DNA of 64,000 nucleotides, taken from assembly GCF_963921235.1 (NCBI RefSeq), contig NC_086101.1, forward strand, positions 140,740,001 through 140,804,000, read 5' to 3'. Made by a program: the position numbers and the translations under genes. The stretch is from Mobula hypostoma. Its lineage: Eukaryota. Shown piece by piece: positions 50,428-61,915 of the stretch (positions are counted from its first letter, which is position 1; each line of letters starts with the position of its first letter). Under the pieces are notes generated by a model, which did no database searches, was not told the origin of the DNA, and was given only the letters and a program-made list of their open reading frames with translations.

Positions 50428-50619
50428 GCATGGATGATTGATTGTGAAAGTATAAAGGGGGTATGGAGAAGCTGAGTATATGGGACTCTGCAGGGGGGAA
50501 ATATTAGGTCATCCACTTTAGGAGAAGAAATAGAAAATTAATTATAAAATTTATTAAATAACTTGTGAGTAAGGATTTCCCATACATCTCAATCAAATTT
50601 GTTAAAAGATGAAGATTCA

Positions 50620-52545
50620 GAAATGTGGGTATGGTTCAAAAAGCTAGGTAATGATGGAGATCTAGAAAATTATAAGGCAAGCAGGAAGGAGCTTAAGAAT
50701 GAAATTAGGAGAGACAGAAGGGGCCATGGGAAGGCCTTGGCAAGCAGGATTAAAGAAAACCCCAAGGCATTCTACAAGTATGCGCAGAGCAAGACGCATG
50801 AGAGAGTAGGACCAAACAAGTGTGACAGTGAAAAAGTGTGTATGGAACCGAAGGAGATAGCAGAGGTACTTAATGAATACTTTGTTTCAGTACTCACTAC
50901 GGAAAAGGACCTTAGCGTTTGTAGGGATGACTTGCAGTGAACGGAAACCTTGAGCATATAGACATTAAGAAAGAGGATGTGCTGGAGCTTTTGGAAAGTA
51001 TCGAGTTGGATAAGTCACCGGGACCGGACGAGATATACCCCAGGCTACTGTGGGAAGCAAGGGAGAAGATTGCTGAGCCTCTGGCAATGATCTTTGCATC
51101 ATCAATGGGGACGGGAGAGGTTCAGGAGGATTGGAGGATTGAAGATGTGTTCCCTTATTGAAGAAAGGGAGTAGAGATAGCCTAGGAAATAATGGACCAG
51201 TGAGTCTTACCTCAGTGGTTGGTAAGTTGAAGGAAAATATCCTGAGAGGCAGGATTTATGAACATTTGGAGAGGCATAATATGATTAGGAATAGTCAACA
51301 TGGCTTTGTCAAAGGCAGGTCGTGCCTTACGAGTCTAATTGAATTTTTTGAGGATGTGAGTAAACACGTTGATGAAGGTAGAGCAGTAGATGTAGTGTAT
51401 ATGGATTTCAGCAAGGCATTTGATAAGGTACCCCATACAAGGCTTATTGAGAAAGTAAGGAGGCATGGGATCCAAGGAGATATTGCTTTGTGGATCCAGA
51501 ATTAGCTTGCACACAGAAGGCAAAGAGTGGTTGTACACAGGTCATATTCTGCATGGAGGTTGGTAACCGGTTATGTGCCTTGGGGATCTGTTCTGGGACC
51601 CTTTCTCTTTGTGATTTTTATAAATTACCTGGATGAGGAAGTGGAGGGATGGGTTAGTAAATTTGCTGATGACACAAAGGTTGGGGGTGTTGTGGATATG
51701 TGGAGGGCTGTCAGAGGTTACAGCGGGATATCGATAGGATGCAAAACTGGGCAGAGAAGTGGCAGATGGAGTTCAACCCAAATAAGTATGAGGTGATTCA
51801 TTTTGGTAGGTCAAATATGATGGCAGAATGTAGTATGACCCTTGGCAGTGTAGAGGATCAGAGGGATCTTGGGGTCCGCGCCCACAGGACACTCAAAGCT
51901 GCTGCACAGGTTGACTGTGTGGTTAAGAAGGCATACAGTGTATTGGCCTTCACCAACCGTGGGATTGAGTTCAAAAGCCGAGAGGTAATGTTACAGCTAT
52001 ATAGGACCCTTGTCAGACCCCACTTGGAGTATTGTACTCAGTTCTGGTCACCTCACTACAGGAAGGATGTGGGTGCAGAGGAGATTTACAAGGATGTTGC
52101 CTGGATTGGGGAGCATGCTTAATGAGAACAGGTAGTGTGAACTTGGCCTTTTCTCCTTGGGGCGATGTAGGACGAGAGGTGACCTGATAGAGGTGTATAA
52201 GATGATGAGAGGCATTGATCTCGTGGATAGTCAGAGGCTTTTTCCCAAGGCTGAAAAGGCTAACGTGAGAAGATACAGTTTTAAGGTGCTTGGAAGTAAG
52301 TACAGAGGAGATGACAGGGGTAAGTTTTTTACGCAGAGAGTGGTGAGTGCGTGGAGTTTGCTGCTGGCGACGGTGGTGGAGGCGGATACGATAGAGTCTT
52401 TTAAGAGGCTCCTGGATAGGTACATGAAGCTTAGAAAAATAAAGTACAATGGGTAACCAATGGTAACTTCTAAAGAGAGTATGTGTTCGGCACAGCATTG
52501 TGGGCTGAAGGGCCTGTATTGTGCTGTAGGATTTCTATGTTTCTA
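50620..52545 (+). mobile_element. CR1 (HER1-like) LINE ORF2, frameshifted, 5'-truncated
   Basis: Consecutive ORFs 50599..52456: IKENPKAFYKY, KSPGPDEIYPR, QHGFVKGRSCLT, DFSKAFDKVPH, KFADDTK, LVRPHLEYC. TTCTATG tail. Confidence 0.95.
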
Positions 52546-52879
52546 TGAAAGATGTGTGGAGTATAGTTTCCTTATTTGAGGAGTTAAGAACTTGGGAACA
52601 TAGTTTTAAACTAAGGAATAGGCTATTTAGGATTGAAGTGAAGAGAGTTTGCTTCACTCACAAGCTGGTGAATCTTGGGAAATCACTGCCTCAGAGGGCA
52701 TGGAGGGCTCTGTCATGGAGTTCTTTCTATAATAAGGAAATCAAAGTGCATGGAGATATGACAGAAAAATATTGGTAGAAAATCAGCCATGAAGTTATTA
52801 AGTCATTTTTATTTTATTTCATGAAGTTATAAATATCGGAGCAGGCTTGAAGATCAGATGACCTGCTCCTTTTGGCTGC

Positions 52880-53880
52880 CGCCAAATCTGCAACTTTTGG
52901 AGGTCAAATGCAAGAGGAAAGTATACTGTAAATGGTAGAGCCTTCAGGAATCCTGATGTACAGAGGGATCTTGAGGTGCAAGTCACTGAAAGTGGCAACA
53001 CAAGTCAACAGGGTGGTAAAAAGGCTAATGGCATGCTTACCTGTCAAAGTACTGAGTAAACAAGCCGGCAAGTCACATTGCATCTGTATAAAGCTTCGGT
53101 TAAGTCTCACTTGGAATATCATCCACAGTTCCAGTTGCCCCATTACAGGAAGTATGTGAAGGTTTTGAAGAAGGTGCAAAAGAGATTTACCAAGACATCA
53201 TATGGTTTTTGAAATAATAGCTGTGAGGAGAGGTTAGGCAAACTTTGACCATGTTCGCTGAAGAGCCACCTTATAGCAGTTTATAAAATTCTGACAGATA
53301 GGGCATAGGTAGGGTAGCAATTCAGTCTTTTCCCCAGTGTGGAATTGTATGTACGAGTGAGCAAAGGTCTAAGGTGAGAGAGGTACAGTTCAAAGGAGAT
53401 TTATGAGGTAGGTAATTTTTTTTCACAGGGAGTATCCGTTGCTTGGGACATGCTGCAAGGGGAAGCAGTGAAAACAGATACGATATTCAAGGGACATTTA
53501 GGCAGGCATGTGAACAGGCGGGGAGTGGAGGGATATGGACTATGTACAGCAAGTGGGATTAGCAACCTAAAACATGGAGCGCATATCAGTATAGCAGAGG
53601 AACAAGGCCTTCAGCCCATGATGTCGTGCTGAACTAATTAAAGTAGTATTTAAATGTCTAACTAAATTAATCTCTTCTGCCAACACAAATTCCATATCTT
53701 ACCATTTTCTACACATCCATATGCCTATGCAAAAGCCTCTTATATGCTTCTATCAGACTTGCTTCCACTACCACCCCTAGCAGCGCATGTAGGTATCCAG
53801 CTCTCTGTGTGTAAAGTAACTTGTCCTGCACATCTCCTGTGAACTCTTCCCATTTCACGTTAAGTGCATGTCCTCGAGTA
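52880..53880. mobile_element. Old CR1 fragments (plus ~52880-53560, minus ~53590-53880)
   Basis: 'QRDLEVQ..LKVATQVNRVVK' remnant and head-to-head CR1 3' ends. Confidence 0.65.
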
Positions 53881-54877
53881 CGGCAGGCAATAGGGAGACT
53901 CCTCTATATCTACCAGAATCAGACTTGTCTTCTCTTCTGAAGATGGTCACTATTTTGGCATCACCATAGTGGCTAAGTCCCTCCTCTTCTCAGAAAAGAG
54001 AGGCAGGATTGATGTTAAATTTGTGACAGTGGTTCCTCGGGCTCAGTTTGAGAATATGAGTAGGGACAGTGTCTGCTGCGGGGCTCTTTTGATTTCTTGT
54101 AGTTCAAGGATAGTTGAAGGTTTAAGCCAAGTAGTTCATTATGTGATGGAGTCAAGGACACTTACAACAAGGACGAAGTTACAATTAAGGAGCTGTGCGC
54201 TGTTCCTTCCTGTGGCAGATAAATGTCTTTCTGTACATTGACTCTCAAGAGAATGGGATCTCTTTGGCTATTATTGTTGTTTTGCAAAATCTGGTATTTT
54301 CAATTATTTAAAAATAACTTCAGCCAAATATATCAGATTTCAGTTTCTCCCAGATGTTGCAAATAAATTGGATAGAGTTGTCAGTGATATGAGTACATAA
54401 CCCAGGTGGAAAATACAATGAATTTGAATGTGCAACTATCATTTCTTGTCATCTCAAATTTAGTTGCTATCTATTGTAAAAATTGAAAGCTGTTAGATTT
54501 GACAAAATTTAAAATATCTGATTTTACACAGATTGAAAATCTAAAGTTCAAAGTACCTTTACTATCAAAGTATGTATACATTATAGAACCTTGAGATTTG
54601 CTTCTTTACTTGATTTTGAGAAAAGATGGGGTTCATTTGCTCGTTATTATCATTTGGGTTAATTGATAGATTTTCTCCATGATCTAACTGTAAATTTTTG
54701 GTATTTGTTTTCCTTGCTGGCAGTTTGATGTTTATTTTTAGAAGCTTTTTCTATGAAGCATGGCTCTGGGGTTGTACACCTAATGGGGGTTTTCCCCCAC
54801 TTTTTCTGCTTAGTGGGGTTTTTTATTATCACCAAAACTTTTCAATCTTTAAAATAATTTTTAATCTTTAAAAGGTA

Positions 54878-55998
54878 AGGTTCCCCATTCAGAAGTCTCA
54901 ATTCAGAAAGTAATGAGGCATGGGATCCAAAGAGACCTTGCTTTGTGGATCCAGAATTGGCTTGCCCACAGAAAGCAAAATGTGGTTGTAGACTGTTTGT
55001 ACTCTGCATGGAGGACAGTGACCAGTAGTGTTCCACAGGGATCTGTTCTGGGACCCCTCCTCTTTGTGATTTTTATAAATGACCTGGATGAAGAAGTTTG
55101 CTGATGACACAAAAGTTGTGGGTGTTGTGGATAGTCTGGAGAGTTGTCAAAGGTTACAGCAGGACATCAATAGGATGTAGAACTGGACTGAGAAGTGGCA
55201 GATGGAGTTCAATCCAGATAAGTGTGAAGTGGTTCATTTCAGTAGGTCAAATTTGAAGACAGAATATAATATTAATGGTAAGACTCTTGACAGTGTGGAG
55301 GATCTGAGAGATCTTGGGGTCCATTTCCATAGGACACTCAAAGCTGCTGCGCAGGTTGACAGTATTGTTAAGAAGGCATATGGTATGTTGGCATTCATCA
55401 ACCATGGAATTGAGTTCAAGAGCCGTGAGGTAATGTTAAAGCTATGTAAGACCACTTGGGGCTACTGTGTTCGGTTCTGGTCACCTCACTACAGGAAGGA
55501 TGTGGGTACTATAGAGAGAGTGCAGAGGAGATTTACAAGGATGTTGCCTGGATTGGAGAGCATACCTAATGAGAATAGGTTGAGTGAACTTGGCCTTTTC
55601 TCCTGGGAGTGATGGAGGATGAGAGGTGACCTGATAGAGGTGTATAAGATGATGAGAGGCATTGATTGTGTGGATAGTCAGAGGCTTTTTCCCAGGGCTG
55701 TAATGGCTAACACGAGGGGGCATAGTTTTAAGGTGCTTGGAAGTAGGTGCAAGGGGTACGTCAGAATTAAGTTTTTCACGCAGTGAGTGGTGGGTGCGTG
55801 GAATGCACTGCCAGCGAAGGTGGTAGAGGCAGATACAATAGGGTCTTTTAAGACACTCATAGATTAGGTACATGGACTTTAGTAAAAAAAGAGGGCTATG
55901 TGGTAGGGAAATTCCTGGCAGTTTCTAGAGTAGGTTAAATGGTTTGCACAACATTGTGGGCCAAAGGGCCTGTAACGTGCTGTAGATTTCTATGTTCT
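54878..55998 (+). mobile_element. CR1 (HER1-like) LINE 3' portion
   Basis: ORFs 54913..55104 ([21 protein letters not shown]) and 55202..55612. TTCTATGTTCTA tail. Confidence 0.93.
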
Positions 55999-56451
55999 AA
56001 AAGAATCCATAAAAAAGAAGATGGTCAAGCATTCAGAGTGAAGAGAGAGAGAGAGAAAGAACACAAATTGTGCAATCAATAATGTAAACAGCATTCAAAC
56101 CAAACTGAGTCCTGGAGCATGAAGCCTGGAGCAGCCAGAGCAGGCCACAGTGTCAGCCTCAGTTCAGCACAGAGCTGAGTAAACATCACGGAGCAGCAAG
56201 CAGAACCTGTCTGACCCCTGCCTCATGTCCCAACACCCTACCTTTTCAAACGATCCGGCCCGGCTGTAAAATCGTCCAAACAGCAGGGCATTCCTCCTCA
56301 CACTTGGATTTGGGCCAAAAACAAAATACAAATATAAAGTTAAAAAAAATCCAGCCCTAATTGCAATGAAAAATAAAGTGAGAAATTCATGGTTGATTAA
56401 TAAAAACAGAAAATGCTGGAAACATACAATAGGTCAGATAATATCTTTGGG

Positions 56452-56800
56452 ATTAGAATCAGAATCAAAATCCGGTTTATTGCTAGTGATATAAGTTGTG
56501 AAAATAAAAATAAATAATAAATAATACACAAGAGGAATGGTGAAATAGTGTTCATGATTTCATGGACTGTCCAGATGTCTGATGGCAGACAGTAGGAAAC
56601 TGTTTCTAAAATGCTGAGTGTGGGTTTCAGCTCCTGTATTTTCTCCCTGATAGCAGTAATGAGAAGAGAGCAGGTCTTGGATGATGAGGGTTCTTAATGA
56701 TGGATGCCACTCTCTTGAGGCACTGCCTTTGCAAGTTGTCCTTGATGCTGGGGAGGATTGGGCCATTGATGGAACTAGCTGAGTCAGCAACCCTCTGACA
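56452..56800 (-). mobile_element. Rex1/Babar-type 3' fragment inserted into an old pLTR fold-back (56400-56895)
   Basis: 'RVASIIKNPHHP...TQHFRNSF' and a (GATTCT)n tail. The flanks AAAAACAGAAAATGCTGGAAAC and GTTTCAGCATTTTCTGTTTTT are inverted. Confidence 0.65.
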
Positions 56801-57193
56801 GGCAGAGTTCATGTTTCAGCTTGAAGACCAGTGCCCTTTGACCTGCAGATTGTTTCAGCATTTTCTGTTTTTATTTCAGATTTCCAGTAACTGCAGTCCT
56901 GTTATTGATCTTCATTGTTGTTGGGTTATGATTTTAGATCTTAAGAGCACTATTAGAGTTATTATATAGACATATCTGTGCTCTGAAGCCAGGTAAACAA
57001 GTGGTAACATTAATGCCTTCTGGGGAGTGAACAACAACAATCTTCAGTAAAAGCATAACAAGGAAGTTGATTAGCACATGAGAGTGAATTGATTGCAGGG
57101 GAATCAAGGATGGGAGGCAGAATTGATTAGGTTGCTTCCCAAGGAGATAGAATGGACCCATGGGCCAAATGGCCCAATTCTTCATCAGAATAA

Positions 57194-57405
57194 AAACAAC
57201 AGGAATTCTGCAGATGCTGGAAATTCAAGCAACACACATCAAAGTTGCTGGTGAACGCAGCAGGCCAGGCAGCATCTATAGGAAGAGGCGCAGTCGACGT
57301 TTCAGGCCGAGACCCTGGGTCTCGGCCTGAAACGTCGACTGCGCCTCTTCCTATAGATGCTGCCTGGCCTGCTGCGTTCACCAGCAACTTTGATGTGTGT
57401 TGCTT
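57194..57405. mobile_element. Young fold-back Penelope pLTR insertion (perfect 89-bp inverted repeat)
   Basis: Arms 57227-57315 and 57317-57405 are exact reverse complements around T57316. TSD CTTCATCAGAATAA at 57180-57193 and 57403-57416. Same pLTR subfamily as 24020-24140. Confidence 0.93.
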
Positions 57406-57484
57406 CATCAGAATAAGCAGGTTCTTCTGTATTCAGAACACAAATTACAGCATTGGAGAAAGTTTATTCTGCTATTTCCAAAGG

Positions 57485-58400
57485 CGACACACGCAAAATG
57501 CTGGAGGAGCTCAGGAGGTCAGGCAGCATCCATGGAAATGAATAAACAGTCGACATTTCAGGCCAAGACCCTTCTTCAGAACTGGAAAGGAAGGTGGAAG
57601 TTGCCAGAATAAAAAGGTGGAAGGAGGTGATAGGTGAAGCCAGGTGGGTAGAAAAGGTTAAGGGATGAAGAAGAAGGAATCTAATAAGAAAGGAGGGTGG
57701 ACCATAGGAGAAAGGGAAGGAGGAGGGGACACAGGGGGAGATGATAGGCAGGTGAGAAGAGGTAAAAGGCCAGAATGGGGAACAGGAGAAGAGCGCTGGG
57801 GGATGGAAATTTTTTAACGGAGATATCAATATTTATGCCATCAGTTTGGAGGCTACCCAGACGGAATATAAGCTGTTGCTCCTCCATCCTGAGCTTGGCC
57901 TCATTGTGGTAGAAGAGGAGGCCATGGACTGACGTGTCAGAACGAGATTAAACTGATGGGCCACTGGGAATTCCCACTTTTAGTGGATGGAACAGTGGTG
58001 CTTGATGAGGTGGTCTCCCAATTTAAGACGGGTCTCACCAATGTAGAGGAGGTTGCATTGGGAGTGATGGACACACAGGTGACCTCAGCAGATTTGCAGG
58101 TTAAGTGTTGCCTCACCTGGAAGGACTGTTTGGGGCCCTGAATGGAGGTGTGGGAGGAAATAAATGGGTAGGTGTAGTGCTTTGGCCATTTCCAGAGATA
58201 AGTGCCGGGAGGAGGATTAGTGGGGAGGGATGAATGGTCAATGAATCACAGAGGGAGTGATCCCTGCAGAAAGCGGAGAGTGGGGGTGGGGGAGTAGGGG
58301 GCATGGGTAGAGATATGTTCGGTGGCAGGATCCCTTTGGAGATGGCTGAAGTTGTGGAGAATGTTGGTCGTTAGTTGCGGAGGCTCTTAGGGTGATAGGT
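57485..58400 (-). mobile_element. Penelope-like element 3' part (GIY-YIG and pLTR)
   Basis: Minus strand 'QGPKQSFQVRQHLTC...LYIGETR...EEQQLIFRLGSLQTDGIN'. Confidence 0.85.
57547..57584 (-). ncRNA. Minimal hammerhead ribozyme in Penelope pLTR (complete core)
   Basis: CAGUU-CUGAAGA-AGG(gucuugg)CCU-GAAA-UGUC|GACUG. Confidence 0.75.
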
Positions 58401-58774
58401 ATCTCTATCACTGTCAAGGCAGCGAGAAGATGGGGTGATTGTGGATGTCTGGGAGGTTCATTAACTCGTTCCATTCTGATTATAAAGGAGGTATTGAGGA
58501 ACAAACGACTGCACAAACATCTCACACTGAGAGGCATTGTTCTGTGCAATGGTGTTTCAGCGTCGCAGGTTACACATAATACCTGACAGGCACGTTGAAT
58601 AGCATTTCCAAATACATGGGGGATAAAAGAATTAAAACTATTTTCATTCTTTAACACCACTTTACCTCAGAGGGGTTAAACAGGAAATGTGAGTCGAAAA
58701 TTCGGTAACGCATACTGGAGAGAAAATAAAGTGAGATTTACAGACAATGAGAACCCATGAGATGATATACTGTA

Positions 58775-59331
58775 CACTCAGTGGCCAGTTTTTTAGGAAC
58801 CTCCTGGACCTATTAACGGGCCACTTAGTGTATGTTGGTGGTCACCTTCTCCTGTAACCCATCCACTTCGAAGTCTGACGGGTTGTGCGTTCAGAGATGC
58901 TCTTCTGCACACCACTGTTGTAACACATGGTTAATTGAACTACTGTTACCTTCCTGTTAGCTTGAACCAGTCTGTCCAATCTCCTCGTTAATAAGGTGTT
59001 TTCACCCACAGAACTGCCACTTGCTGGATATTTTTTATTTTTCTGACCATTCTCTGTAAACTCTGGAGACTGTTGTGCATGAAAATGCTAGGAAATCAGC
59101 AGTTTCTGAAGTACTCAAACCACCCCATCTGGTACCATCAAATATTCCATGGTCAAAGTCATCTAGATCACATTTTTTCCCTATTGTGATGTTTGCTCTG
59201 AACAACTACTGAACCACTTGACCATGTCTATATGCTTTTATTAGTTCATTTGCTGCCACATGACTGGCTGTTTAGATACGTACATTAATCAGCAGGTGTA
59301 AAGGGGTACCTAATAAAGTGGCCACTGAGTA
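58775..59331 (-). mobile_element. Tc1/mariner deletion derivative
   Basis: TIR CTCAGTGGCCACTTTATTAGGTAC. Minus strand 'GKKCDLDDFDHG...SETADFLAFSCTTVSRVYREW' (paired-like HTH). TA flank on the left. Confidence 0.85.
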
Positions 59332-60049
59332 CATAGATACCGGTGTACATAGTAGGACAGCCAGACAGGATCAAATACTAGAAAAGGATTAAGAGAGCAA
59401 TTCATTGATTGGTTAGTAAGTTTGTGGATTGTGTAGTGGACAATGAAAACGATTATGTAAGGTTACAACAGGGTATAGATCAACTGGGAAAGAGAGCAAA
59501 GGAATGGCCCATGGAGTTTAACTCAGACAAGAGGAAGTGATGCATTTCAGGAAGTTAAACCAGTCCAGGGCAAACACAGTGATTGGTAGGACTGGCTGCA
59601 GGGATTTCATTCGGAACATTGTCAGTTCCTTTCGCTCTGCAGATGTTGTTTGAACTGTTGAGTTCCTCCTGTGGTTTGTCTTTAACTCGAGATTTCAGCA
59701 TCTGCTGAGTCTTGTACCCCCATCTTCCGAAGCACCATGGTGAATCAGTAGTTCCCAATCATTGTTCCCAATTTTTTGCTTGTCATTCAGTTCACACAAA
59801 TAAATCACGCAGCTCGTTGTGTCTTAGTCGCAATAGAGCTTTTGACCTTGTTGTAACCTTACTGTGCAGCAATCATTTGCATCCATCTAGTGTATTTGGA
59901 TAAGGGATTGTTGTGTATTTCCTGAGTGAAACAAAATCATCCAGATGTAGCCCTTATGATATTTTACTGTGGGAATCAAATTTGCATTTCATACTCGAAG
60001 AAAGGGCTTCCATTTTTAACAGTATCTTTTACAATCCTTCCAGGAATTC

Positions 60050-60730
60050 CCAGACCACCTTGGGTGACTACCATTCCAAAAGGATAGAATGGGATGCTTG
60101 CTGTTTCTATATCTATTTTCACAGGTGTACCATAGAAAGCATCCCACCCAGAGGCATCACAGCTTGATATGGCAATTGCTCTGCCCAAGACCACAAGAAA
60201 TTACAGAATGGTGAACAAAGCTCAGTATATCTCTAAAACCAATCTCCCCTCCATGGACTGTCTACTGCTGCTTTGGAAAAGCAGCTAATATAATCAAAGA
60301 TTTCTCCCCCTTCCCCCCACCACCTAATCAATTTTCTTCCAGCTTCCATTAGGCAAAAGATATAAAAGCTTAAAAATATGCACCACTGACTCAAACGCAG
60401 TTTCTATACCACTTTTATAAGGCTCGTGAATGGACCTCTCGCACAACAAAGGTGAAGCTGTGGTCTCTCAGTCTATCTTATCATGGGCCAGGCACCTTAC
60501 TGAAAGCTTGCACTACACCTTCTCTGTAACCAGCAGACCCTGTTATTCTACATTCTGTTATTACTTTTTCTTTTTGTACTGCCTCAATTTTAGGAATGAT
60601 CTGTCTGGATGGCATGCAAGACAACACTTTTATTGAGCTGTAGAGAAGGACAGCGGTGAAAAGGCTATTCGGCCCATTTGAAACCACTTTCATTATAGTT
60701 CTGTATATATGACAATTGTAAACCTATTGC
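60050..60730 (+). mobile_element. Old Rex1/Babar-type 3' fragment
   Basis: 'FHRCTIESI...ITAxYGNCSAQDHKKLQ' and 'TD*LKRSFY'-type remnants. Confidence 0.65.
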
Positions 60731-61039
60731 CAACTGAAAACAAGGGATGAGGCTGGTTAATTTTATAGCGCCTGATTCTCCCAAATAGAAACAAGTGGTC
60801 AAACTACTTTTTTGGCAATAAAGGTATTTTCAAAATACAGTCCACCAAAGGAAGCACAGCGATCTCAGCACAATGAGATCCCACAAACACCAATTTGATG
60901 ATGGCCAGTTCATATGATGCTCAATGAGGTATAACCCAAAATACCAGAAAAACTTCTACTTCTACTTCTGCCTCTCTCTCTCTCTCTCTCTCTCATTACT
61001 ATATATATTTTATACACACAAATATATATAAAATAGAGT

Positions 61040-61915
61040 GAAAATGTAAATGGGTGAGCATGTTTTCAGACAACATATATTTTGGTAGAGTTGTGGACAG
61101 TGCAGATGGCTTTCAAATGACACATCAGTTACAGATATGAGGGAAGAAATACCAGAGAGGGTTTTTACCCAATCAAACATGCGGGGAATATAAAGAGAAA
61201 GTGTACAGCTAATGGCAAGACCTTGTTGTACAAATGGATCTCAGGATCCAAGTTTGCAGGTCCCTTACAGTGTTAATGCAAGTAGCTAGGATGATAAAGA
61301 AGATGCATAACGTGCTTGCCCTTACTGGTCACTATACTGAGTATAAGAGTAAGGAAGCGATGTTACTGATATATAACATTTGGTTAGGCTGCACTGGAAT
61401 ATTGTATGCAATTCTAGTTGCTTGTTACAGGAAAAGCTTTCAAAAAGGCACTGAAGAGGTTTACTATGATGTTGCCTAAATTAGAGGGCATGTGAGCCAC
61501 CACCAACATCTCCATGAGCTATAGTGAGATAGTAGGCAAACTTTATTGTTTTCTCTGGTATCTGAGACAGAAGTTTAAAACATTGTGAGAGGAACAGATT
61601 GAGTAGGCAGTCAACATACTATTTCCCAGGGTAGAAATTTCAAATATTAGGGGGTGTGTCTTTAAGTTGAGAGGATGTAAGTTTTAAGATGTGTGGGTCA
61701 AGTGTTTTACACAGCGATTGTTAGATGCCTGAAATAGATTGATGGGGATAGTGGTGGAAACAGATTGTGATAGTGGAATTTAAGAGCTGTTAGACACATG
61801 AATATGCAGGGAATGGAGGGATATGGATCATGAGGAGACTGAAGAGCTCTAGTTTAATTTGACATTGTGTTCCGTACTGATATTGTGGGCTGAAGGTCCT
61901 GCAATGTTCTCTGTT
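61040..61915 (+). mobile_element. Old CR1 3' fragment
   Basis: 'DLRIQVCRSL...EYKSKEAML' and 3' GGGCTGAAGGTCCTG. Confidence 0.7.

Noticed and set aside
57220-57411. Giant hammerhead using the TSD's CUGAUGA and the whole hairpin as stem II (minus strand)
   Set aside because: The hairpin is followed by UGAAU rather than GAAA, and no stem I or III is available.
57127-57541. Two ORFs on opposite strands encoding the same peptide (LVNAAGQAASIGRGAVDVSGRDPGSRPETSTAP...)
   Set aside because: This is a direct consequence of the DNA palindrome of noncoding pLTR sequence, not a gene.
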